Origin: a virus
Direction: 5' to 3' (one strand)
Length of the DNA stretch: 64,000 bases
Virus record (IMG/VR): IMGVR_UViG_3300047546_001263
Span: 1-64,000 of that record
The notes under the pieces are model-generated. The model saw only the letters and a list, made by a program, of their open reading frames with translations, had not been told where the DNA came from and made no database searches. Both the position numbers and the translations under genes were made by a program. This document shows positions 9,357 to 17,016 of the stretch, piece by piece. The first letter of the stretch is position 1, and each line of letters begins with the position of its first letter.

Positions 9357-9956
9357 TTAATTACAATTTATTTTATATTCTTGCCATTTTTTAGTAGGCG
9401 GTTGATTCGGAAAATAGTAACATTCGGTTTTACCGCTCTTAGTAAACTTAATCACTTTATAAAATGCATCAGGTACTGTAGCATTTGTAGGTAGTTTAAT
9501 AGACTTATCGCTAAAAATAGCTTTGACTGTTACTTCTAGTACTTCTGTATCTGCCCATACTCTCTCTTGTGCTTCTAATAGTCGCCACTCACCCCTATTT
9601 AATCTTTCGTTCTGTAAAGCAGAATTTAAGTAAGTAAAAGTCTGTTTTAAGTTCTCTTTGGAGTCGGTAAAATGTGCAGCTGGAGCCATATGTCCTTTAT
9701 CGTATATGTTTGCTGCGTAGTCATTATTATCAGATGTATGATAGTCTTTCTCTGTGTAAAAATCTAACCCTTTTCTATCTGCTACTTTTGTTATAGGTCT
9801 TGCAGTGTATTTAACCCAGAGAGGCTGTTCCTTAGTCTCTGAATACATTACTTCAAATATCGGAGTTTTAACTAATACTGAATCTCGTAATTGCCCGTAA
9901 GCAGTTGTTAATGTTAGTAAAAATGCTAAAAGAAGCAAATTCGATTTTCTTCCCAT
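9357..9956 (-). CDS. secreted DNA/RNA non-specific endonuclease (NucA/EndoG family)
   Basis: Signal peptide; YDKGHMAPA, TFTYLN..Q...LNRGEW..LE, VPDAFYK. Confidence 0.9.
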   Translation of the reverse strand: MGRKSNLLLLAFLLTLTTAYGQLRDSVLVKTPIFEVMYSETKEQPLWVKYTARPITKVADRKGLDFYTEKDYHTSDNNDYAANIYDKGHMAPAAHFTDSKENLKQTFTYLNSALQNERLNRGEWRLLEAQERVWADTEVLEVTVKAIFSDKSIKLPTNATVPDAFYKVIKFTKSGKTECYYFPNQPPTKKWQEYKINCN

Positions 9957-10216
9957 CTGTAATTGTTTAACTGTTTATAATCGGTTTCTGATAAAATTGT
10001 AACATTTTGAGTATCTACAGGATGTTCGTCTATGTAGTTAATTAACTCTAGGAAAGTTACAGGACCAAATTCTATTTCGTCGTAATCTTCTGTTATTAAG
10101 TGAAGGTTACCGTTCTGTACTTTGTAATCCCATACAATCAAACCATCTACTAGTATTTCAACATCTCCCATGTTGTCTATACCTACTTCGTATCTTAATA
10201 TATCTTCTAAATTCAT
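9926..10216 (-). CDS. hypothetical acidic protein (start reassigned to 10216)
   Basis: ATG directly downstream of TATTTATA at 10223-10230; track start overlaps queE. Confidence 0.55.
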   Translation of the reverse strand: MNLEDILRYEVGIDNMGDVEILVDGLIVWDYKVQNGNLHLITEDYDEIEFGPVTFLELINYIDEHPVDTQNVTILSETDYKQLNNYRWEENRICFF

Positions 10217-10235
10217 AGTAAATATAAATAGAGGT

Positions 10236-11018
10236 TTACACAGCTCTTTTAGTGTCGAAAGCAATAATATGCTCTCTACCTGTAAATCGGTATGCATTTT
10301 GAGTACACCATTCTATAACTAAAGGATAAACTCTAATTAACTCTTGACGATTATCTCCTGGAGGCATTATAATTACCTTATTTTTAGGTATCTCTAACTC
10401 ATCCAACCAAGCTCTTGTCTCTAACCATTCTTCAGGTCTCTCTACTGGATTAGCTACGATTTTAACGTGGTAATCTTTATGGTATGCCAATGTCTCTTTA
10501 ATTGCTTCTTTATTGAGACGATGCCTGTTGTGCGTGTCAATAAGCTTCTGGTCTGTAACTGCACCTTGAGGAGTAAGTACGCCCAATACAGGCACACTAT
10601 TGGTAAACTTAGGACTAAGACTAATAAGGTCAATAGGATAGTCGGTAGCGAGGAAATGGCTTCCTTCAGTTTCGATGGTAATAATGATACCTCTTTCATG
10701 AGCAAAATGTGTTAATTCGTTAACTAAAGCTGGATGCATTGTTGGTGAACCCCCTGTTAACATCATCTCCTTCACTTCTGGGTTCTCATCGTATATCTTA
10801 ACGATATCGTTGAAATTATAAATACCTTTTTCTGGATGTATACTGGTATACCAAGAGTCGCACCATCCGCCTTCTCCAAAGTAACAACGGTGAGTACAAC
10901 CTGTAGTTCTAATTGCTACAGTTGGATAGCCAGCTCTTGAACCTTCTGATTGTACGCAAGTGTACAATTCTACGATAGGTAACTTTTTACTATAATCTGT
11001 AATTCTTCCTAAACTCAT
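10236..11018 (-). CDS. queE: 7-carboxy-7-deazaguanine synthase QueE (radical SAM)
   Basis: VQSEG, RTTGCTHRC..(insert)..WCDS, LTGGSP, IETEG, SLSPK. Confidence 0.92.
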   Translation of the reverse strand: MSLGRITDYSKKLPIVELYTCVQSEGSRAGYPTVAIRTTGCTHRCYFGEGGWCDSWYTSIHPEKGIYNFNDIVKIYDENPEVKEMMLTGGSPTMHPALVNELTHFAHERGIIITIETEGSHFLATDYPIDLISLSPKFTNSVPVLGVLTPQGAVTDQKLIDTHNRHRLNKEAIKETLAYHKDYHVKIVANPVERPEEWLETRAWLDELEIPKNKVIIMPPGDNRQELIRVYPLVIEWCTQNAYRFTGREHIIAFDTKRAV

Positions 11019-11029
11019 TATTTTTTATT

Positions 11030-11491
11030 TTATGCTTGATAAGATGCAGAATTTCTTTCGTGTTCGTAAACTTCTACTTTTACAGCTTTTACTCGTCCTT
11101 CGGTTTCTGCTTCTAAGAACTCATTAATTTCGTTATACAGATACTCTGCAAATCTTTCACAACCGGTTGCAGGTAAAATACGTAACTGAATAATACCGTC
11201 TTCATCCATCTGTTTAAAGTTCTCTAAATATGGATCATCCTCTGCTACTATTGTAGTATGGTCTAATAAGTAGTTAAAGAAGTCTTTAGGTGAACTACCG
11301 TACATAGTAGTCTTTGCTCTCTTCATTCCTCCAAAGTCCCATACCCAGTTACGTTCGTCTAGTTCTCCTTCGAACCATACTCTAAAAGATACTGCGTATC
11401 CGTGAAGAAACTTACAGTGAGTTCCTTCTGCTTTCCATTGACGAAAACAGGTAGAGTATCCGTCAAATAATTTTGTTGATTGAAATTTCAT
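11030..11491 (-). CDS. queD: 6-carboxytetrahydropterin synthase QueD
   Basis: HCKFLHGY, VWDFG, LDH, VYEHERNSA. Confidence 0.93.
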   Translation of the reverse strand: MKFQSTKLFDGYSTCFRQWKAEGTHCKFLHGYAVSFRVWFEGELDERNWVWDFGGMKRAKTTMYGSSPKDFFNYLLDHTTIVAEDDPYLENFKQMDEDGIIQLRILPATGCERFAEYLYNEINEFLEAETEGRVKAVKVEVYEHERNSASYQA

Positions 11492-11501
11492 ATTGTGTAA
11501 T

Positions 11502-11756
11502 TTAAACTAATTCTTCGTAAATTCCAACTAGTTCGGAAATAATTAACAATACAGCTGCAGTCTCTATTGAAAAGAATAGAGCTATATAACCTGCAATCCT
11601 GATACCGGATTTAAGGAAACTTACTAGTTGGTGTTTTTTTGGATCGGGAAGTTTTTGACCTTTTATTACTAAATCGTCATAAAAAGTTACTGCAGGTTTT
11701 ACTTTTTTACCTTTCAGATTTCGAGATGCGTGTACTACATCATGCGGGTTTGTCAT
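11502..11756 (-). CDS. small membrane protein, first gene of queD-queE unit
   Basis: C-terminal hydrophobic hairpin; directly follows riboswitch-like leader. Confidence 0.6.
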   Translation of the reverse strand: MTNPHDVVHASRNLKGKKVKPAVTFYDDLVIKGQKLPDPKKHQLVSFLKSGIRIAGYIALFFSIETAAVLLIISELVGIYEELV

Positions 11757-11758
11757 GG

Positions 11759-11788
11759 GTGTGTTTTTAAAGTGGTGCTACGACACTA
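11759..11788 (-). ncRNA. preQ1-I riboswitch-like aptamer leading the orf-queD-queE unit
   Basis: UAGUG-UCGUAGCAC-CACU-UUAAAAACACAC, 29/30 identical to folE copy, 2 nt before AUG. Confidence 0.7.
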
Positions 11789-11799
11789 TTGTCTAAAAC

Positions 11800-11830
11800 T
11801 AATGTACGAATAATTATCTTACGAAACAAC
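11800..11830 (-). promoter_or_regulatory. class A promoter of queD/queE unit
   Basis: GTTGtttcgtaagataattaTTCGTACATTA. Confidence 0.7.
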
Positions 11831-11835
11831 TTTTA

Positions 11836-11952
11836 CTAAAAATTCTTATAAATAAAAGGGTCTCTTTTTTTTAATTCTTCTATTTTCTTCTTAAACTCTC
11901 TTTTCCTTTTCCAGTTTTTGAAAAGATTCTTTATAGTATCTAAAAATTTCAT
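11836..11952 (-). CDS. 38-aa basic peptide coupled to carbamoyltransferase
   Basis: Not in track; ATGA overlap; MKFLDTIKNLFKNWKRKREFKKKIEELKKRDPFIYKNF. Confidence 0.6.
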   Translation of the reverse strand: MKFLDTIKNLFKNWKRKREFKKKIEELKKRDPFIYKNF

Positions 11953-13628
11953 TTGTGTTTCATTTTAATAATGAGGTAGTTATCTATTACAAGAAAATCC
12001 ATCTTACTATCCAAAAATCTCTCTACTGCTTGCTTTGGTGTTATAGTAATTGTCTGATCCTTAAAATTAAAAGATGTATTTAAACATATAGGATAACCTG
12101 ATATACGTTTCAATGCTAAAAGCAATTGATAATACCTTGGGTTTTGTTCTTTAGTAACTGTTTGAACTCTTGCTGTATTATCAATATGGGTAATAGAAGG
12201 TAGTCTATGGTTCTTCTTAACTTCTACAACTTGATTCATATAAGGTACCGGTTCTTTTATATCGAAAAACATTTTAGCGTCTTCTTCTATACATGAAGGA
12301 GCGAAAGGTCTAAAGCTTTCCCTCTTTTTAATGACTTTGTTGATTTTATCTTTTATACCTGGATGAAGAGGTGAAGCAAGTATAGATCTATTACCTAAAG
12401 CTCTTGCTCCAAATTCCATATTACCTTGGAACCATCCTACTATATTCCCGCTATGAATTATAGATGCTACCTTATTCAGAAGTCTCTCTTCTGTAGGATA
12501 TCTAAAGTAGTATATCTTGTTACCAAAGTACTCTAATTGAGTACGTATACTTACTTCATTAAAAGAAGGACCTGTGTAAGGAACGCTATTATCCTTTCTA
12601 GGACCTTTATAAGATGCTAAGCATGCACCAATAGCAGAACCTGCATCTGAAGGTGCAAATGGTATATGTATAGATGTATAATGTTTATATGCTTTTGTGT
12701 TAGCTAATCCATTATACGCACATCCACCTCCTAAACAGAGATTATCAGAATTAACTAATTCTTTAGCTTTCTCTAGAATTCTATTAAACTGCTTTTCGTA
12801 AATAAACTGTACAGCGGCGGCTAAATCATAATCATCTTGTGTAATTTCATCTTCCGGAAGGCGAGGACCTCTACCTAATACATTACATAGATCAGAAGTA
12901 AACATTATCTTATCTGAATACTCCCAAGTAAAGTATTCTGGGTAAAATGAAAAAATTGATTCTTTTTCGAATTTAAAAAGCTTATGAAGGAATGGAACAT
13001 ACTTATTAGAATCTCCATATCCAGCCATACCCATAACTTTATATTCACCTTCGTTAGGTTTAAAGCCGAGGAATGCGGTAAAGGTAGAGTAGAATAATCC
13101 TAAAGATTCTGGGAAGTTAATAGCAAATACTTTTTCTATAGAATTGTCTTTTGCTTTTGAAATTGTAACTGTTTCAAACTCTCCAACTCCGTCTATAGTT
13201 ACAATTGCCGCTTCTTTGTAAGGGCTAGTAAAATAGGAAAATGCTGCGTGAGATAAATGGTGTTCAACATACCTAATAGGGCCTTGGTATAGGAAATGTT
13301 TTGCTAATAAAAAGTTAGGATTGTGAAGTTCTTTTCTCTCTTTAAGAAATTTTAATCTTTTAAAGAATGTACGAAAAGGATATTTGTTGAAAGATTTAAG
13401 TACTCTTGCTCTCTTTAATTCTGGAATCTCATACCAGCAAACTTCGTCAATATCGTTTATTGTAAGTTTACTTGCTCTTAAAACCCATTTGATCGCATCT
13501 ATTGGAAAACTATCGTCATGTTTGATACCTGATAGCTTTTCTTGTTCTATGGCATAAAGAACCTTACCGTCTTTAACGATGCATGCTGCAGAGTCGTGGT
13601 AAAATGCTGAAATGCCTAGTTGTATCAT
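11949..13628 (-). CDS. O-carbamoyltransferase (NodU/CmcH family)
   Basis: YHDSAAC, EHHLSHAA, DGVGE, EYKVMGMAGYG, EFGARALGNRS, RESFRPFAP, LNTSFN. Confidence 0.95.
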   Translation of the reverse strand: MIQLGISAFYHDSAACIVKDGKVLYAIEQEKLSGIKHDDSFPIDAIKWVLRASKLTINDIDEVCWYEIPELKRARVLKSFNKYPFRTFFKRLKFLKERKELHNPNFLLAKHFLYQGPIRYVEHHLSHAAFSYFTSPYKEAAIVTIDGVGEFETVTISKAKDNSIEKVFAINFPESLGLFYSTFTAFLGFKPNEGEYKVMGMAGYGDSNKYVPFLHKLFKFEKESIFSFYPEYFTWEYSDKIMFTSDLCNVLGRGPRLPEDEITQDDYDLAAAVQFIYEKQFNRILEKAKELVNSDNLCLGGGCAYNGLANTKAYKHYTSIHIPFAPSDAGSAIGACLASYKGPRKDNSVPYTGPSFNEVSIRTQLEYFGNKIYYFRYPTEERLLNKVASIIHSGNIVGWFQGNMEFGARALGNRSILASPLHPGIKDKINKVIKKRESFRPFAPSCIEEDAKMFFDIKEPVPYMNQVVEVKKNHRLPSITHIDNTARVQTVTKEQNPRYYQLLLALKRISGYPICLNTSFNFKDQTITITPKQAVERFLDSKMDFLVIDNYLIIKMKHK

Positions 13629-13665
13629 ACTCTTATAAATAGAACTTAATTATTTTTACTAGACG

Positions 13666-13739
13666 TGGACCAACCTGGGCTCGAACCAGGGACCTACTGA
13701 TTATGAGTCAGGTGCTCTAACCAACTGAGCTATAAGTCC
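13666..13739 (-). tRNA. tRNA-CAT, Ile2 (lysidine)-type or elongator Met
   Basis: GGACTTATAGCTCAGTTGGTTAGAGC..CTCATAA..GGTTCGAG..GGTCCA cloverleaf. Confidence 0.88.
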
Positions 13740-13744
13740 AAGTG

Positions 13745-13913
13745 CTGTAGGGGAAGGAGTCGAACCTTCACGCGGCGATTCAATAAATGACATTTTTGCT
13801 AGCTAGCGTGTGGTCAACCCATTATCATTTATCTATCTCTTATCCGCACCCTCGAGACGGGAGGGCATGTCTGCCACGACCGGGGACACCCCAATCCATT
13901 CCACCACCCTACA
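13745..13913 (-). ncRNA. expanded tRNA-like RNA (169 nt; GUC in anticodon position; D-loop and variable-arm insertions)
   Basis: Acceptor TGTAGGG/CCCTACA, T arm GAAGG-TTCGACT-CCTTC, anticodon arm CCCTC-CCGTCTC-GAGGG. Confidence 0.75.
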
Positions 13914-13928
13914 ATAAAAAAAGAAACG

Positions 13929-14014
13929 TACCTCGAGCCAGAGTCGAACTGGCACGGGCGTTTCTGCCCACAAGATTTTAAGTCTTGCATGTCTACCTAT
14001 TCCATCATCGAGGC
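13929..14014 (-). tRNA. tRNA-Leu(TAA)
   Basis: Cloverleaf with CAAGA-CTTAAAA-TCTTG and long variable arm. Confidence 0.95.
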
Positions 14015-14029
14015 AGGTACGTTTATTTA

Positions 14030-14890
14030 AGTAAGCCTGAGACTACAGCTCTAACGCTAGATCTTTTGAGGTATTATCTTAATTCCCCTCTTGTCCAGAG
14101 ACTTTTGATCTCTATTCTAGCAATGCTGGTTATTTAGGTGAACCACTCCTTGAGCTACTTATTATTTGGACTACTCTCTCCCTACTCGTCTCTATTCAAA
14201 TCTGCCGACCTGATTAACCCTTGCGAGGCTATAGAACTTTCTAGAGAATCACTCTTGACTTGCGATCTTAAGTGGCACTGAACAGCTCAGTACTATGTAA
14301 GCATCTTTCGTCCGTAGCTGGCAAGCGCTTTTGCTTTTATGATTATGTATTTTTGAAAATGCAATAATTCAAAAGTTAGCGACTTGTGGATTGTAAAGGT
14401 AGCGGCCTGCCCTAAGCTCTCTTAACTTTTGATCAAGAGAATACTTAACTACCTTTTGAAGTGTCCCCACCTCCATACTTTAAGATATCTTCATAACTAA
14501 CATCTTGGTAGATGCTTGCTAAGGTAGATAACAGCACCACCTGTACACCTACTTGCCTTTCAGCTTTAAGATACCTCTTATATTGAGCAACGCAATAATA
14601 TACTTGGATAAGTATACTTCTTGCAAATACCCTACAGGTTAATCTTATTACTCTTCCGAGCTCAACTAAACGACCCACATCGCCTAGTCACTAAACCACT
14701 TTCCCTAAAGTGTTACCCTCAGTACTTAAGGTTTAATGATACCCTGCTTGCATACTTAAGCTCTTGCGAGCCGCAAACTACTTCAGTCAAAGTAGCTCAC
14801 TTTACACCAGTTTCCTGGTTTATTTACCGACTATATGCCGCCGAATGTTATTTATGATTTAGCCGAAGCTTCATCAATGGATAACAATGT
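14030..14890 (-). ncRNA. large structured ncRNA, GOLLD-like (~860 nt; ends approximate)
   Basis: No credible ORF; many GNRA-capped hairpins; own promoter and boxA-like site; upstream of tRNAs. Confidence 0.65.
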
Positions 14891-14892
14891 TT

Positions 14893-14901
14893 TCAAAGAA
14901 C
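14893..14901 (-). promoter_or_regulatory. boxA-like antitermination element GTTCTTTGA
   Basis: At the start of the RNA operon; resembles rrn boxA. Confidence 0.45.
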
Positions 14902-14914
14902 GTTTTATTTAATT

Positions 14915-14945
14915 TAATATACGAACGTTAGTTCTAAATTGCAAC
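14915..14945 (-). promoter_or_regulatory. class A promoter of large ncRNA/tRNA operon
   Basis: GTTGcaatttagaactaacgTTCGTATATTA. Confidence 0.7.
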
Positions 14946-14954
14946 TTTTTTTTA

Positions 14955-15152
14955 TTAAAATTTTCCCGGCCTAAAATACGGGGTATAAACTTTACCTCTT
15001 ATTCGTCTTTGCTGGTAAAAAGGACGTGTTCTGTAGAAATAAGCTCTAACTTTTTTCTTGTGCCAATGGTTTTTTTCATGTTGTGATATTCTCATTGGCA
15101 TACAGCTGGCTAAAAGTAAAACAATACCTGCTAGTAAAAGTAATTTTTTCAT
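14955..15152 (-). CDS. small basic lipoprotein
   Basis: MKKLLLLAGIVLLLASC lipobox. Confidence 0.65.
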   Translation of the reverse strand: MKKLLLLAGIVLLLASCMPMRISQHEKNHWHKKKVRAYFYRTRPFYQQRRIRGKVYTPYFRPGKF

Positions 15153-15154
15153 AA

Positions 15155-16000
15155 TTACAACTGTTTAATATATTCTGGTAATCTGTCTTCTGGTTGCCAT
15201 CCAAGTCTTTCTATAGCGTCTTTATTTTCTCTCAAAGTCTCTCTGTAGTTACCTTTTTGTTCTCTCATGTAGACTTTGACGCAGTTAAATTTTTCTATAA
15301 ACATATCAGCAACTTGATTTATAGAATAATTTTTACCTGTTCCTAATTCCCAAGCATCTTCGTGTTTTTCATCACTCTCTGCAACTTTGATTAATCCATC
15401 TACAATATCTCTTATATGAGTAAAATCTCGTCTCTGTTCTCCATCGCCTACTATAGTGATAGGGTAGTTTTTAGCAACTTGGCCTCTCCATCTACCTATA
15501 ACTGCTGCCCAATCTCCTTCTAAAATTTCATTAGGTCCGTATACATTATAGAATCTTACAATTTCAGCATCTAAATTAAACACCTGCTTATACATCTTTA
15601 CAATTTCTTCCCCCATGTGTTTAGAACATGCATATGGAGACTGTAAAGGGTTATGCCATCTAGAAGAAGATCCTGCATATATAACTTTAGCTTCTATTTG
15701 ATGAGCAAACTTACATACATCCAAAGTTCCTTGAGTATTCACTCTAAAGGTTTCTTGTGGGTTAGCAAAGGAAGGCTGTATTCTACTTAGAGCAGCTAAG
15801 TGGTAGATAAGATCAAAATCTTTATCCATTAAGTCTATTCGCTCTATATCTCCATACCAGTAGTGGCAACCTGGGATTTCGTATTCTTTGAATCCTACAG
15901 AAAGATCATCTAATGAAGTAACAGAATGTCCTTCTATTACTAACCTTTTTATAAGGTTACTTCCTACGAACCCATTACCACCTGTAACTAGTATTTTCAT
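15155..16000 (-). CDS. NAD-dependent nucleotide-sugar epimerase/dehydratase
   Basis: TGGNGFVG, HLAA, SPYACSK, RFYNVYGP, GDGEQRRDF. Confidence 0.93.
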   Translation of the reverse strand: MKILVTGGNGFVGSNLIKRLVIEGHSVTSLDDLSVGFKEYEIPGCHYWYGDIERIDLMDKDFDLIYHLAALSRIQPSFANPQETFRVNTQGTLDVCKFAHQIEAKVIYAGSSSRWHNPLQSPYACSKHMGEEIVKMYKQVFNLDAEIVRFYNVYGPNEILEGDWAAVIGRWRGQVAKNYPITIVGDGEQRRDFTHIRDIVDGLIKVAESDEKHEDAWELGTGKNYSINQVADMFIEKFNCVKVYMREQKGNYRETLRENKDAIERLGWQPEDRLPEYIKQL

Positions 16001-16015
16001 ATAAACCTTATCTAG

Positions 16016-16088
16016 TTGCGAGAGAGGGAATCGAACCCCCGACCTCCAGGTTATGAGCCTGGCGAGCTACCGCTGCTACTATCTCGCG
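16016..16088 (-). tRNA. initiator tRNA-fMet(CAT)
   Basis: C1:A72 mismatch; CCAGG-CTCATAA-CCTGG. Confidence 0.9.
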
Positions 16089-16096
16089 ATATAATG

Positions 16097-16169
16097 TACT
16101 CCGTAGGGGTTTCGAACCCCTAATCTCCTCCGTGAAAGGGAGGCGACTTAACCGTTTGTCCAACGGAGC
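16097..16169 (-). tRNA. tRNA-Glu(TTC)
   Basis: CCTCC-CTTTCAC-GGAGG anticodon arm, full cloverleaf. Confidence 0.92.
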
Positions 16170-16176
16170 GGAATTG

Positions 16177-16559
16177 TGGAGATGGAGGGAGTCGAACCCT
16201 CGTCCAAATACGGATTTAATAAACCTCATTCACAAGCTTAGTTAATTTTTCTAAATTAACAAAATATAAAGTTTGATATATGTGGGAACCAAACTTTCAA
16301 ACAACCTGGTCTCGAAATTATTTAATAGAGCTCCGACCTGTTACTCCAACTCTCACTTCTTTTTAAATTCCCATGAGTGATACGGGAAAGATTAGGCAGC
16401 TACTGCGTAATCAGCACCTACGAAAGCCATAGCGTCTTCGAAAGTGAAAGAAGATAATTCTTCTGCGTTTATTGTTTGATAGGTGTTTAAGGATTTCCAT
16501 CTAATCCTGCTTGCATCAATTGTACCAACTCATCGTACCTGTCAAAACCGGGCATCCCC
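16177..16559 (-). ncRNA. ssrA: tmRNA
   Basis: 5' GGGGATG..TTTGAC; 3' GGTTCGACTCCCTCCATCTCCA with G3:U70; tag ORF 16392-16466 AEELSSFTFEDAMAFVGADYAVAA*. Confidence 0.93.
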
Positions 16560-16564
16560 AATTG

Positions 16565-16636
16565 AGCTTCCTCGAGGAATCGAACCCCGTTATCCTGAGT
16601 ACAAATCAGGCGCATCACCATTTATGCTTAGGAAGC
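16565..16636 (-). tRNA. tRNA-Thr(TGT)
   Basis: CCTGA-TTTGTAC-TCAGG; acceptor GCTTCCT/AGGAAGC; atypical A8 and C38. Confidence 0.85.
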
Positions 16637-16638
16637 AA

Positions 16639-16777
16639 TTTAGGAAAGGAGAAGATGGTTGCGTGGACATCTCCTTTTATGATTGGCATTACTTAGGTGT
16701 ATTTCTCCCAACTCCGATGATATCCGCCAAAATACACTCTCGAGCCATTGATATCATCATTCCCCAATCAACCTAAA
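16639..16777 (-). ncRNA. unassigned structured RNA with pseudoknot
   Basis: Helices TTTAGG/CCTAAA, TGATTGG/CCAATCA, GATGATATC/GATATCATC, crossing GTGTATTT/AAATACAC, plus a 3' hairpin. Confidence 0.6.
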
Positions 16778-16784
16778 AGGTTTT

Positions 16785-16973
16785 TTACTTTACTTCAGTT
16801 TCAGCTTTTGGAGCTTCTTCAGCAGGAATTTCTGCTACTGTAGAATCTGTTGCCGTTACTGCAGCTGTATCTACTGCTACTGCTGTTGAGTCTGTTGCTA
16901 CTGCTTCTGATTTACCGTTACCGCATGATGCTAATGTAACTACTAAAGCTGTTGCTAAGATTACTTTTTTCAT
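16785..16973 (-). CDS. small Ala/Thr-rich lipoprotein
   Basis: LASC lipobox; DST/DTA/DST motifs. Confidence 0.8.
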   Translation of the reverse strand: MKKVILATALVVTLASCGNGKSEAVATDSTAVAVDTAAVTATDSTVAEIPAEEAPKAETEVK

Positions 16974-17016
16974 AATTGTTTTTGTTTTTGTTTAAATTTA
17001 CTGATATATAAATAGT

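Noticed and set aside
13745-13913. Ordinary or intron-containing tRNA-Asp
   Set aside because: Insertions are in the D loop and variable arm, too short for group I/II introns, and the anticodon loop lacks U33/R37; reported as tRNA-like instead
13787-16776. Track ORFs 13787, 14445, 14621, 16008, 16483 and 16511
   Set aside because: They overlap tRNAs, tmRNA and structured RNAs, which explain the sequence better
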